Part shown: one piece after another, positions 17,732 through 27,825 of the stretch | How positions within the stretch are numbered: position 1 is the first letter of the stretch | Layout of the letters: each line of letters begins with the position of its first letter | Source of the DNA: Candidatus Hydrothermales bacterium | Lineage (GTDB): Bacteria; Hydrothermota; Hydrothermia; Hydrothermales; JAJRUZ01 | Length of the DNA stretch: 46,289 bases | Reading direction: 5' to 3' | Assembly (NCBI GenBank): GCA_039630575.1 | Contig: JBCNUW010000016.1 | Span: 1 to 46,289, forward strand | Program-made: the position numbers and the translations under genes | Notes under the pieces: generated by a model | Told to the model about the DNA's origin: nothing | Seen by the model: only the letters and a program-made list of their open reading frames with translations | Database searches by the model: none

Positions 17732-18601
17732 ATGCAAATAATATTTTTTATCTTCTCATTTCAAATCGTAATATATGGAAATGAGAGATGGAACTTTGCA
17801 CGAAACGCAAGAATTGCCTCACTTGGTGAAGCCTCTTCATCCCTTATAGATCCAGGATCTTTCTTCTTTAATCCAGCTACACCTTCTCTGTTTGAAAATA
17901 AAGTAATACAAGCTACTTTCTCAAATTACTTCTCTGATGTTTTCAAATTTGGTGCCTTTAACTTTATAACAGGTGACTCAACGAATAAATTCTATGCTTC
18001 TTTTAATTATATTTTTTCCGACAACATTTATTTTACAATATATAAGGATACAACTGAGGCATATGATATAGAAAAGATTGAAAAAAGGGGATTAATTAGA
18101 GTTAGTTCAATTCACCTACTATCTGGTTTTTCAAAAAAATTAAAGAAATTTAATTTTGGTTTTTCGCTAAAAATCATGAGAGAAAATTTACATGTTGGAA
18201 AAGGTTATGGTCTTGGGATGGATGTTGGGATTTTATCAGTAAATAAATTTAACTTTTCCTTTGCTTTAAGAAACTTTTTGGGAAGTATAAACTTATGGGA
18301 TTCAGGAAGAAAAGAATATATTCCAACTTCACTGAGGATCGGTTTTTCAAAAGATTTCATAAAAAAAATCCTTTTCTCTTTTGACGTTGAATCTTATTGG
18401 GAAAAAAATTTCAAAATTTCTTGTTATGCTGGGCTTGAAACAAAAATCTTAAAAGATTTTTTTATAAGAACAGGATGGAGAGAAAATATTCCAACTTTAG
18501 GATTCGGTTTTAAGATAAAAAAATTGGATGTAGATTATGCTCTTGGAGGCAATCTTGAATTACAAGCTTTTCATGTAGTATCTCTTTCTCTTGAACTCTG
18601 A
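17732..18601 (+). CDS. PorV/PorQ-like (UPF0164) outer-membrane beta-barrel protein
   Basis: ARIASLGEA...FFNPA, alternating beta-strands, GLGMDVG, DYA...HVVSL C-terminus. Confidence 0.78.
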   Translation: MQIIFFIFSFQIVIYGNERWNFARNARIASLGEASSSLIDPGSFFFNPATPSLFENKVIQATFSNYFSDVFKFGAFNFITGDSTNKFYASFNYIFSDNIYFTIYKDTTEAYDIEKIEKRGLIRVSSIHLLSGFSKKLKKFNFGFSLKIMRENLHVGKGYGLGMDVGILSVNKFNFSFALRNFLGSINLWDSGRKEYIPTSLRIGFSKDFIKKILFSFDVESYWEKNFKISCYAGLETKILKDFFIRTGWRENIPTLGFGFKIKKLDVDYALGGNLELQAFHVVSLSLEL

Positions 18602-19166
18602 AATTAAGGGTTTTTTGTGGAGAAAAATCATCCATTCTGTATCAATAATTTTCCCTATTTTAGTTTTAACATTAGAAAAAAAATATTATTTACCTATATT
18701 TTCTTTTATAATGGGTGGATTTTTAACCGCTGATTACCTGCGTTTTGAAATAAAGTCGTTTAATATTTTTTTTAAGAGGTTCTTTGGGGAAATGATTAAG
18801 GCTAAAGAGAAAAAATTCTTCACAGGAGCAACATGGGTCTGTATATCTAGTTTTATAGTATCTCTTTTATTCCCAAAAAATATAGCTCTTATTTCTCTTT
18901 TATTTTTAACAGTATCTGACAACATTGCAAGTATAGTTGGAAAATTCTATGGTAAAAGAAAAATTTTTGAAGGGAAAACATTAGAAGGATCTCTTTCATT
19001 TTTCTTGATCTCCTTTTCTTTAACAATATTTTTTAATGAACTTCCAATTTCTAAAAAAATAATAGTATCCATTTTTGCAACTTTAATTGAGTTAATATCA
19101 TTTAATTTAGACGATAACCTAACAGTTCCTATCTCAACTGCAATTTTATTATACCTTATAGTTTGA
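18591..19166 (+). CDS. Polyprenol/phytol/diacylglycerol kinase (SEC59/DGK1/VTE5, CTP-dependent) family membrane protein
   Basis: RKIIH, SDNIASIVGKFYG, KTLEGS, DDNLTVP. Confidence 0.88.
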   Translation: MNSEIKGFLWRKIIHSVSIIFPILVLTLEKKYYLPIFSFIMGGFLTADYLRFEIKSFNIFFKRFFGEMIKAKEKKFFTGATWVCISSFIVSLLFPKNIALISLLFLTVSDNIASIVGKFYGKRKIFEGKTLEGSLSFFLISFSLTIFFNELPISKKIIVSIFATLIELISFNLDDNLTVPISTAILLYLIV

Positions 19167-19184
19167 TTTAAAATTAAAGACTAA

Positions 19185-19197
19185 AGGTTCAAATCCT
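19185..19197 (+). promoter_or_regulatory. T-arm-like leader motif upstream of the PPIase-tyrS-dxr-rseP operon
   Basis: AGG-TTCAAAT-CCT; core 11 nt after TAAAAT (19169-19174) and 20 nt before ATG 19217. Confidence 0.65.
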
Positions 19198-19216
19198 ATT
19201 AAATCTCTAATAGGTT

Positions 19217-20374
19217 ATGAAATTTTTGATTTTTCTTGTTTTTATTCAGATTGAAAAAATTGAAGAAGCTAAAAAATTGATTGAAGCTGGTAAAATAAAT
19301 GACGGAATAATTCTTTATAAGGAAGCTCTTTCGGAATTTTCGGGAGCAAAAAAAATAGAAAAGGCTATAGACTTACTGGATATTTACATAAGGTACGAAA
19401 AATTTAGAGAAGGTCTCAGTTTAATAAGTGAATTAGAGAGAAAAATCTCCAAATACAGCATTTTCTATCCAGAAATTCAATATAGAAAGGCTTTAATTTA
19501 TGAAAACTTAGGAAATTATTTAGAAGCACAAAAGATTTATGAAATGATCATTTTAAAATACAGAAAAAGTAAAGTCTACGACGATGTGAGTAAAAAAGTG
19601 GATAGGATATTTGAAATATTGAGCCAGAACTTCTTAGCCATTGTAGGACCTATGAATATTACCTATCAGGAGTTTGAGAAACACCTTGAGGCTTTACCTA
19701 TTTATTTAAGACCATCACCATCTGACACAATAGCGGTAAGGAAAACACTTGAAAACTTAATTATATCAAAGATCTTATATCTTGAAGCACTTAATGAAAA
19801 ACTTGATTTAAAAGAAGATTTTAGAGTAACTCTGGAAAAAGAAAAAGAAAAAATTTTAGCAAATTTATACCTTAAAAAAATTAATGAAGGCATAAAAGTA
19901 AAAGAAGAAGAAATAAAAGAATACTATCTTAAACATAGAGAAGATTTTAAAATACCGACAAGATGGGATATAAGAAGAATTGAAACAAAAAATGAAAATG
20001 AGGCAAGGGAAATCATGAAGAAAATAAAAAGAGGTGAAAAATTTGAGGAACTGGCAAAAAAGTTCTCTTTGGCTCCTGATGCTGAAAACGGCGGTTTCAT
20101 ACCTAACTTTACTGAAAAAAGCTTACCAGAGGAATTTATAAAATACCTTAAAACTATGAGAGAGGGAGAAATAAAGGGACCAATTAAACTTAAAAACGGT
20201 AATTATGCAATATTAAAACTTGAAAAAATTAAAAGGGGTGAATACAGAAAATTAGAGGAGGTAAAAAACCAAATAGAAAATATGATCCTAAAAGAAAGAA
20301 AAGAAAAGTTTTGGGAAAAATGGAGAAAAGGAATGTTTGAGAAATATAAAGTTAAAATTTACTTTAAAAAATGA
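19217..20374 (+). CDS. TPR-containing parvulin/PpiC-type peptidyl-prolyl isomerase (foldase)
   Basis: TPR-like helices; EIKEYY, GEKFEELAKKFS...ENGG, GEIKGPIK. Confidence 0.82.
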   Translation: MKFLIFLVFIQIEKIEEAKKLIEAGKINDGIILYKEALSEFSGAKKIEKAIDLLDIYIRYEKFREGLSLISELERKISKYSIFYPEIQYRKALIYENLGNYLEAQKIYEMIILKYRKSKVYDDVSKKVDRIFEILSQNFLAIVGPMNITYQEFEKHLEALPIYLRPSPSDTIAVRKTLENLIISKILYLEALNEKLDLKEDFRVTLEKEKEKILANLYLKKINEGIKVKEEEIKEYYLKHREDFKIPTRWDIRRIETKNENEAREIMKKIKRGEKFEELAKKFSLAPDAENGGFIPNFTEKSLPEEFIKYLKTMREGEIKGPIKLKNGNYAILKLEKIKRGEYRKLEEVKNQIENMILKERKEKFWEKWRKGMFEKYKVKIYFKK

Positions 20375-21531
20375 AAGAGGAGATAGAGATTTTAACAAGA
20401 GGAATAGAAAATATATTTACAATAGAGGAACTTGAAGAAAAGATCAAAAAGAAGAAAATTTTAACAGTTAAATATGGTGCTGACCCCTCAAAACCTGATT
20501 TACATCTTGGACACTACGTATGTCTAAGAAAACTAAAAGATTTTCAAGATTTAGGTCATAAAATAGTATTTATTATTGGTGATTTTACCGCAATGATAGG
20601 AGATCCCTCAGAAAGATCAAAAACAAGACCAATGTTGACAAGAAAAGAAGTAGAAGAAAATTCAAAAACTTACTTTGAGCAAGCCTATAAGATTTTAGAT
20701 AAAAACAAAACAGAAATAAGATTTAACAGTGAATGGCTTTCCAAGCTAACACCAGAGGATATAGTAAAACTTTCAGCTAACACTACAGTTGCAAAAATGC
20801 TTGACAGAGACGATTTTTCTGAAAGATTTAAAAAGGGTATACCAATTTCTCTTCATGAATTTCTCTATCCAATATTTCAAGCTTATGATTCAATTTATAT
20901 CAATGCCGATGTGGAAATTGGAGGGACGGACCAACATTTTAATTTCTCACTCACAAGAGAAATAATGAGGCAAATTGGACTTGAACCACAAGTTTTCATT
21001 ACACTTCCACTTTTAGAAGGCACAGATGGAAAGTTAAAGATGAGTAAATCTTATGGTAACAGTATTAATTTTCTGGACGATCCAAAAGATGTTTTTGGAA
21101 AGGTTATGTCAATACCTGATAGTTTGATCTTTAAATATTATAAGGTTGTTCTTTTGAGAGAAGACGAAGAAATTAAAGAGTATATTGAGAAAAAACCTCT
21201 TGAAGCAAAAGAAGAACTTGCTTTTTTAATAACTAAAATCTTTCATGGAGAGGAGAAAGCAATCAAAGCAAAAGAATATTTCTTTAAAACCTTTAGAAAA
21301 AGAGAAATTCCACAGGAAATTCCAGAACTAAGGATAAAAAATAAAAAAATTTTTGAAATACTCTTTGAAACAAAGATTGTTCAAAGTAAAAGTGAGGCAA
21401 AACGTTTAATAAGACAGAAAGGAGTAGATTTAAATGGAAAAACGATCGAAGATGAAAATTATGTGCCACAAAAGGGTGAACACGTTTTAAAAGTTGGGAA
21501 GAGAAAGTTTTTTAAAATAATTTTAGAATAA
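20371..21531 (+). CDS. tyrS: Tyrosine--tRNA ligase
   Basis: GADPSKPDLHLGH, QAYDS, GGTDQ, KMSKS, C-terminal S4-like domain. Confidence 0.97.
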   Translation: MKEEIEILTRGIENIFTIEELEEKIKKKKILTVKYGADPSKPDLHLGHYVCLRKLKDFQDLGHKIVFIIGDFTAMIGDPSERSKTRPMLTRKEVEENSKTYFEQAYKILDKNKTEIRFNSEWLSKLTPEDIVKLSANTTVAKMLDRDDFSERFKKGIPISLHEFLYPIFQAYDSIYINADVEIGGTDQHFNFSLTREIMRQIGLEPQVFITLPLLEGTDGKLKMSKSYGNSINFLDDPKDVFGKVMSIPDSLIFKYYKVVLLREDEEIKEYIEKKPLEAKEELAFLITKIFHGEEKAIKAKEYFFKTFRKREIPQEIPELRIKNKKIFEILFETKIVQSKSEAKRLIRQKGVDLNGKTIEDENYVPQKGEHVLKVGKRKFFKIILE

Positions 21532-22625
21532 TGAGAGTTTTTGTATTTGGAGCAACAGGTTCCATAGGTAAAAGTTTCTTTTCTCTTGTTAAAGATTTTC
21601 CTGAAATTGAAATAGTAGGTATTCAAGCCCATACAAATGCTAAAAAATTAGTTAAGATAAAGAAAAAATACAGAATTGAATATGCCTTTCTAACAGGAAA
21701 ACAAAGCGACTTTAAAGATATAATTCATGATAGAGAAAAACTAAAAGAATTTGTTACATCTAGCAGGGTAGATAAAGTGCTATTTGGAGCCTCCGGTGTT
21801 GATCTTGTTGACATATTCTTTGATCTTCTTGAAAAAAACAAAATTATATGTATGGCAAATAAAGAAATTATTGTTGCTTTTGGAGAAATAATAAAACAAA
21901 AAAACTTAAATAACCTTATTCCAGTAGATTCAGAACACTCATCGATTTTTAGAATAATTAAAAATTTAAACTTTAAAGATATAAAAAAAATAATTTTAAC
22001 TGCTTCAGGTGGTCCTCTTTATAATGTAGAAAACTCAAAACTATCCGATATAAAAGTTAAAGAAGCTCTCAAACATCCACGGTGGAAAATGGGTAAAAAA
22101 ATCACTATAGATTCAGCAACACTAATAAATAAGGGATTTGAAATAATAGAGGCACATTACCTTTTTAACATAGAACCTGAAAAAATTGAGGTTCTCTATC
22201 ATCCCGAAAGTAAAGTTCATGGAATTGTCCTACTTAATGACGGAACGTATATAGCCCATATTAGTGAATCCGACATGAGAATACCCATTTTAAACGCACT
22301 TTTTTATCCAGAAATAAAAGATTATAGAACAATGAAAAAGTTTTATGGAATTTTAAATTTTGAAAAAATAAAAAAAAGTAAAAGGAGACTCATAGACTTA
22401 TGTTTAAAGGCTTTAAAAGAAAAAAAGGGAAAACCAGCCTATTTAGTAGGTGCTGATGAAGAGCTTGTAAAGCTTTTTTTAAAGGGAAAAATAAAATTTA
22501 ATGAAATTGAAAAAATTCTTTACAGAATTTATAAAAAATCTGCTAGTGTTAATGATAAAGATTTTAATGAGATTTTAAAAGTAATTGAAATTTCAAGAAA
22601 AATGGTGTATAAAGAATTAAAATGA
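21531..22625 (+). CDS. dxr: 1-deoxy-D-xylulose 5-phosphate reductoisomerase
   Basis: GATGSIG, ANKE, PVDSEH, LTASGGP, HPRWKMGKKITIDSAT. Confidence 0.94.
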   Translation: MRVFVFGATGSIGKSFFSLVKDFPEIEIVGIQAHTNAKKLVKIKKKYRIEYAFLTGKQSDFKDIIHDREKLKEFVTSSRVDKVLFGASGVDLVDIFFDLLEKNKIICMANKEIIVAFGEIIKQKNLNNLIPVDSEHSSIFRIIKNLNFKDIKKIILTASGGPLYNVENSKLSDIKVKEALKHPRWKMGKKITIDSATLINKGFEIIEAHYLFNIEPEKIEVLYHPESKVHGIVLLNDGTYIAHISESDMRIPILNALFYPEIKDYRTMKKFYGILNFEKIKKSKRRLIDLCLKALKEKKGKPAYLVGADEELVKLFLKGKIKFNEIEKILYRIYKKSASVNDKDFNEILKVIEISRKMVYKELK

Positions 22626-23881
22626 TTTCGACAATAGCAGCCACACTAATATTACTTTCTATACTTATTTTTATACATGAATTAGGACATTTTTTAGTAA
22701 GTAAAGCTTTGAAAGTCCCGGTTGAGGAATTTTCTATTGGGTTTGGTCCTAAAATTTTCTCTTTCAAAAGAAAAGAGACAACTTTTAAAGTTTCTCTTGT
22801 GCCTTTTGGTGGTTATGTGAAAATTTTTGGTGAGGATATAGAAGGAGAAAACTCATTCTGGTTAAGACCCTTTTATGTTAAATTTTTAATTTTGATCTCC
22901 GGTGTTCTTTTTAACTTTCTTTTCGGTTTCATGATAATTTTTCTTTTGTTTTTTATTTTTGGAATAGTTGAATCGGGTCCTTATATTGATGAACCTAAAA
23001 AAAACACTCCAGCCCATATAGCTGGACTTGAATTTGGGGACCGAATATTAAAAGTAGATGGAAAAAATTTTGTAAGATGGAAGGAATTCTATGCAGTTTT
23101 TCAAGATGGTGATACCCATTTAGTTAAGGTTTTAAGAAATAACAAAGACTCTTTAGAAATAAAATTATGGGGTATATGGAATGATACTATATCAAAGTAT
23201 GAAACAGGTATTTTACCAGCCCTTTTTCCTGTAATAGGAGAGATTATTCCGGGTTTACCTGCAGAAAAAGCTGGATTAAAAAAGGGTGACACTGTATTAA
23301 GGATAGACCATACAAACATTAAAAAATGGGAGGAAATACAGAGTTTGATTGAGAATTCAGAAGGTAAAGAAATCACTGTAGAGGTAAAAAGGGAGAAAGA
23401 TACTCTGGTATTTAAAGTTAGACCTATAAAAATTAACGGTTCTTATAAAATCGGAATAAGAGCAGACATAAATATCTTAAAACTTCCTTTTTTTAAAGCC
23501 ATTATATATGCCTGGGAGGAAAGTTATTTTATAATTTACCAAACCTTTAGATTTATCTATCTTGTAATAAAAGGTAAGGCTCCACTTGAATCTTTTGGTG
23601 GTCCTGTTATGATAGGTAAGGTTGTTGGTGAGACAAAAGATAAAGGTCTTTCTTCCCTACTTTTTATACTTGCCTTTATATCAATCAATCTAGCTCTTAT
23701 TAACTTACTTCCCCTACCTGCTCTTGATGGTGGTCATTTGATTACTATTACAGTTGAAGCTATAGTAAGAAGAAGATTATCCTTTAGGATTAGATCATTA
23801 ATACAGTTAATTGGTTTTGCCCTTCTTATTTCAATATCAATTTTAATTACTATATTTGATATTCATCGTATTCTAAAATAA
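22622..23881 (+). CDS. rseP: RIP metalloprotease RseP (two PDZ domains)
   Basis: HELGH, FSIGFG, PFGGYV, NLLPLPALDGGH. Confidence 0.95.
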   Translation: MISTIAATLILLSILIFIHELGHFLVSKALKVPVEEFSIGFGPKIFSFKRKETTFKVSLVPFGGYVKIFGEDIEGENSFWLRPFYVKFLILISGVLFNFLFGFMIIFLLFFIFGIVESGPYIDEPKKNTPAHIAGLEFGDRILKVDGKNFVRWKEFYAVFQDGDTHLVKVLRNNKDSLEIKLWGIWNDTISKYETGILPALFPVIGEIIPGLPAEKAGLKKGDTVLRIDHTNIKKWEEIQSLIENSEGKEITVEVKREKDTLVFKVRPIKINGSYKIGIRADINILKLPFFKAIIYAWEESYFIIYQTFRFIYLVIKGKAPLESFGGPVMIGKVVGETKDKGLSSLLFILAFISINLALINLLPLPALDGGHLITITVEAIVRRRLSFRIRSLIQLIGFALLISISILITIFDIHRILK

Positions 23882-23883
23882 AT

Positions 23884-26800
23884 TTATATTCTTTTTAAAA
23901 TCTTCTCTTGAACGAAAACATACATAGTTGGTATAAAAACAAGACTAACTAAAAGTGAAAACGAAAGACCACCAATTACTGATAATGCAAGGGGTTTCCA
24001 AGTTTCTGAACCTTCACCTCTCAAAATTACAAGTGGAGTTAAACCCATAATTGTCGTAAAGCTTGTTATCAAGATAGGTCTTAGTCTCCTCAGGACACCT
24101 TCTTTTGTTGCATCAAGAATCTTTTTACCCTCATTCCTTAATCTCTCAACATAATCAAGCATAACAATTGCGTTGTTAACGACTATTCCTATCATCATAA
24201 TTAATCCGACAAAGGATGGTACTGAAAAGGTAGTATCAGTAAGAATATGTATCAGAGCAACTCCTGTAATTCCTGAGGGAATAGTGAACATTATTATAAA
24301 TGGTAAAAGAAAAGACTCAAACTGAGCTGCCATTACAAGATATACGATAACTATCCCAATAAGAAAGGCATAAAGTAAAATTTTAAACGATTCAGCCTGT
24401 TCCTCAGTTAATCCACCAAACTCTACTCTAAATTCACCCCTTTTACCTAAAATATTTTTAAGTTTTTCCTCTAATTCCTTTCTTATTTCACCAAGTGGTC
24501 TTCCCGAGGTTTCAGCTAAAACCTTAATAACTCTTTCTTTGTTTTCTCTCTCTATAGATAAAGGTGAAAAACTCTTTTCAAATCTGAAAATATTACCTAT
24601 ATAAAGCTTTTTATCTACAAGAGGGAAAGAGATAAATGGTAAAATTTCCTTATTTTTTCTATAATCTTCTTCAATTAATATTTTTATGTCAAGTTCCCTA
24701 TTACCAATTTTTAAGACTCCTACCTTTTCCCCAAAATTTAAACTTCTTAAGTATGCCCCCAAAGAAGATGAATATAAACCTAACTTTGAAATTTTATCTC
24801 TATCTGGAATCAAAAGATACTCAGGTAAATTTTTTTCTCTCGTTGTCCTTATGCTTCTTATTCCTTTCGTATTTTTGAGTATTTCTTTTACGTACTCAGC
24901 TATAGAATCAGTTACATTGAAGTCTTCTCCATATATCAAAATTTGAATGGGTGCTCCAAATCCTTGAATTATATTTTGTAAGTTTCCAGAGGATAGAACT
25001 TGGAAAGATTTTATTCCTGGGATCTTTTTTATCTCATTTTCTAAAAATTCTGAAATTTCAAAAATACTCCTATTTCTCTGATCTTTACTGCCGATGTTTA
25101 TAAAGAAAAAACCTGTATTTTCACCCTCCACAACACCCATCACACTTAAAAAGCCTGATTCTGATCTTCCAACTCTTGCTGTAAAATACTTTACCTCCTC
25201 AATGTTAGATATTATATCTTCTATGATTTTTGAAACAGAATCTGTAACTTCAAACTTAGTACCAGGCGGAAGAATAAAATTTCCCCTTAATTCTCCTGAG
25301 TCAGATTCAGGGAAAAATTCAGTTTTTACAGAACCAGTTAAAAATAACAAAATTCCAAAAACAAAAAGTAAAAAACCAAATAAGAGAGTTAAAAATTTTC
25401 TACTTATTGCTAAATCTATGGTTTTTCTGTAAAAATCTTTAAGTTTCTCGAACAAATAAAATAGAATTCCTTTCTCTTCTGGTATTTTTTTTATAATTAT
25501 TCTTGAAAGAGTAGGAGTGAGTGTTAAACTAACAAGCAAGGATGTCAAAAGTACCGTAGTAACCATCAAGGCAAGTTGTCTAAACATTATTCCAACAAAC
25601 CCAGTTCCAACAACAAGAGGACCAAAAATAGCAATAGTTGTGAGAGTTGAGGCAAGAATTGGGGTAAAAACTTCAATTGCACCTTTGTAAGCAGCCTCTA
25701 AAGGATTTTCACCTTTTTCTCTTTTAAAAAAGATATTTTCAAGAACCACCACAGCATTATCAACAACCATTCCAGCAGCTAATGCCAAAGCTGAAAGTGA
25801 AATTATGTTAATTGAACCTCCTGTTAGCTTCAAAACTATAAAACCTACAAGTAATGAAAAAGGTATGGTTACGGCAATCACGAAACTTGATGATAGATGT
25901 CTGAGAAAAATTAAGGTAACAATAAAAATAAAGAGAACAGCCCAGTATATAGTATTTGTTAAATTTTGAATTGATGCTCTTATAAACCTTGAAATATCAT
26001 TCACAACTTTTAATTCTATCCCCGGATAATCCTTTAAAATCCTGTCTATCTCTTTTTTTACTCTTTCAGAAACCAAAACAGTATTTGCACCAGACTGTTT
26101 TAGTATCCCAAACAAAATTGAAGGCGTCTTTTTACTTCTAACTTTTGTTATAACATCATCGTAGCTAATTTTTACATCGGCTATCTCGCTAAGTTTATAA
26201 ACACCTCTACCTTTTATATGTATCGGAATATTTTTAATTTCCTCAAGAGAAGAAAATTTTGAATTTACCTTAGCACTGATTGAAAAGTTATGATCTTCAA
26301 CATTTCCAATAGGGACATTTATGTTCTCTCTTAAAAGTGTTTCTTTTATTAAAAATGGTGTTATACCGTATTCCTCTATGTATTTTTTCTTTAATTCTAT
26401 TTTAACTATTTCCCTCCTTCCACCCCCCCAGTACTGAACTTCACCAACACCTGGAATTCTTCTGAGTCTTTCAAAAATTTCATTTTCAAAGAAAAAAAGC
26501 AAATCGAAAAGTGTATCTTTAACTGAAAAGGTTCCTACTAATATTGGTATCTGAGTAAGATCAAATTTAAAAACTTTAGGAATCTCTACATCTTCCGGAA
26601 GAAAAAATTTTGCAAATTCAATCCTTGTTCTTATGTCATCGGCAGCTTTATCAATATCTGTTCCCCAATCAAATTCAACTGTAACAGCTGAAATATCTTG
26701 AATTGACAGAGATCTTATTTTTGTAACATTCGGTGCAGTGGATACAGCATCTTCTATATATTTTGTAACTTCTCTTTCAACTTCTTCAGGAGAAGCACCA

Positions 26801-26949
26801 GGTCTTATTGTTATTATACTGACCATAGGTATTGATATTTCAGGGAAAAAATCAATTGATAAAACTCTTATAGAAAAAATACCTATCAGAAATAAAACAG
26901 AATAAAAAGAGAAGGTAAAGATAGGTCTTTTTACAAAAAACTTTGTCAT
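23884..26949 (-). CDS. RND efflux permease (AcrB/AcrD/AcrF family)
   Basis: 1021 aa; GASPEEVE, GMVVDNAVVVLENI, GIVVNNAI, RLRPILITS. Confidence 0.95.
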   Translation of the reverse strand: MTKFFVKRPIFTFSFYSVLFLIGIFSIRVLSIDFFPEISIPMVSIITIRPGASPEEVEREVTKYIEDAVSTAPNVTKIRSLSIQDISAVTVEFDWGTDIDKAADDIRTRIEFAKFFLPEDVEIPKVFKFDLTQIPILVGTFSVKDTLFDLLFFFENEIFERLRRIPGVGEVQYWGGGRREIVKIELKKKYIEEYGITPFLIKETLLRENINVPIGNVEDHNFSISAKVNSKFSSLEEIKNIPIHIKGRGVYKLSEIADVKISYDDVITKVRSKKTPSILFGILKQSGANTVLVSERVKKEIDRILKDYPGIELKVVNDISRFIRASIQNLTNTIYWAVLFIFIVTLIFLRHLSSSFVIAVTIPFSLLVGFIVLKLTGGSINIISLSALALAAGMVVDNAVVVLENIFFKREKGENPLEAAYKGAIEVFTPILASTLTTIAIFGPLVVGTGFVGIMFRQLALMVTTVLLTSLLVSLTLTPTLSRIIIKKIPEEKGILFYLFEKLKDFYRKTIDLAISRKFLTLLFGFLLFVFGILLFLTGSVKTEFFPESDSGELRGNFILPPGTKFEVTDSVSKIIEDIISNIEEVKYFTARVGRSESGFLSVMGVVEGENTGFFFINIGSKDQRNRSIFEISEFLENEIKKIPGIKSFQVLSSGNLQNIIQGFGAPIQILIYGEDFNVTDSIAEYVKEILKNTKGIRSIRTTREKNLPEYLLIPDRDKISKLGLYSSSLGAYLRSLNFGEKVGVLKIGNRELDIKILIEEDYRKNKEILPFISFPLVDKKLYIGNIFRFEKSFSPLSIERENKERVIKVLAETSGRPLGEIRKELEEKLKNILGKRGEFRVEFGGLTEEQAESFKILLYAFLIGIVIVYLVMAAQFESFLLPFIIMFTIPSGITGVALIHILTDTTFSVPSFVGLIMMIGIVVNNAIVMLDYVERLRNEGKKILDATKEGVLRRLRPILITSFTTIMGLTPLVILRGEGSETWKPLALSVIGGLSFSLLVSLVFIPTMYVFVQEKILKRI

Positions 26950-26950
26950 T

Positions 26951-27811
26951 CTATCCTCCTTTTATTATTTTAACCTTTATTCCTTCTCTTAAAAGTTCGG
27001 CTCCATCAAGAACAACAAGATCTTTTTCTGTAATACCCTCCACAATTTCTATATAACCACCCCCTTCAATACCTGTAACAATTGGTACTCTCTTTGTAAC
27101 TCCATCAACAATTACAAATACAGTTTTTTTAAAAGCTCCAAGAACACACTTAGAGGGAATTTTGAGCACTTTCTCTTTTTTAAATAAAGTTAATTCAACC
27201 TCACATGGAGTTCCTGGAAGAATCTTTTTATCAGTTTTGAAGAATATAGTAATTTCAAAATTCCCAGTTAAAGGATCTGAAGTATTACTTATTTCTCCAA
27301 CAGTTCCTTGAAATTCTTGAGAGTTCACAAAAATTTTAACATTTTTCCCTTTAAATATATTTTTATGATATTCATAGGGTAACATCAATCTAACTTTAAA
27401 CTCTCTATCACCATAAATTCTTGCAAGAGGTTTCTGAGGAGGTATATACTCTCCAAGATCATATTTAAAGTATGAAATTTTTCCAGAAACAGGAGCCTCA
27501 ATTTTAAAGGGTTCAAATTCCAAACCAAACTCTTTCCTCTCAAGTAGTAGTATTACTTCCCCTTTTTTAACATATTCACCCTCATTTTTTAATCTCTTGT
27601 AGTAATAACCTGGAATAGAAGTGTAAACAAGGATATCAGGGTTACCTTCTATACTTGATGAAAATTTCACATTTAAATAGATATCACCATAAGTGGGTCT
27701 GATCACAGTTACAGGAATTAAATATTCTTCACTATCCTTTTCACTACCTTTTTCTTTTTTGCATGATATAAAAATTGATATACAAATAGGTACAATAAAT
27801 AAATTTTTCAT
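26951..27811 (-). CDS. RND efflux periplasmic adaptor (MFP) lipoprotein
   Basis: Start ATG 27811 after AGGAGG; FISC lipobox; GEYVKKGEVI, IEAPVSG; between TolC and RND genes. Confidence 0.88.
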   Translation of the reverse strand: MKNLFIVPICISIFISCKKEKGSEKDSEEYLIPVTVIRPTYGDIYLNVKFSSSIEGNPDILVYTSIPGYYYKRLKNEGEYVKKGEVILLLERKEFGLEFEPFKIEAPVSGKISYFKYDLGEYIPPQKPLARIYGDREFKVRLMLPYEYHKNIFKGKNVKIFVNSQEFQGTVGEISNTSDPLTGNFEITIFFKTDKKILPGTPCEVELTLFKKEKVLKIPSKCVLGAFKKTVFVIVDGVTKRVPIVTGIEGGGYIEIVEGITEKDLVVLDGAELLREGIKVKIIKGG

Positions 27812-27825
27812 CAAAAACCTCCTTT

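Noticed and set aside
20977..20987. Exact GGTTCAAGTCC on the minus strand
   Set aside because: Antisense inside tyrS (codons GLEP) with no downstream start; counted as background, and a caution that chance hits occur.
27509..27521. Near-matches to the T-arm motif here and at about 8171 and 15445
   Set aside because: Antisense to coding genes, imperfect, explained by FEP/LEP codons.
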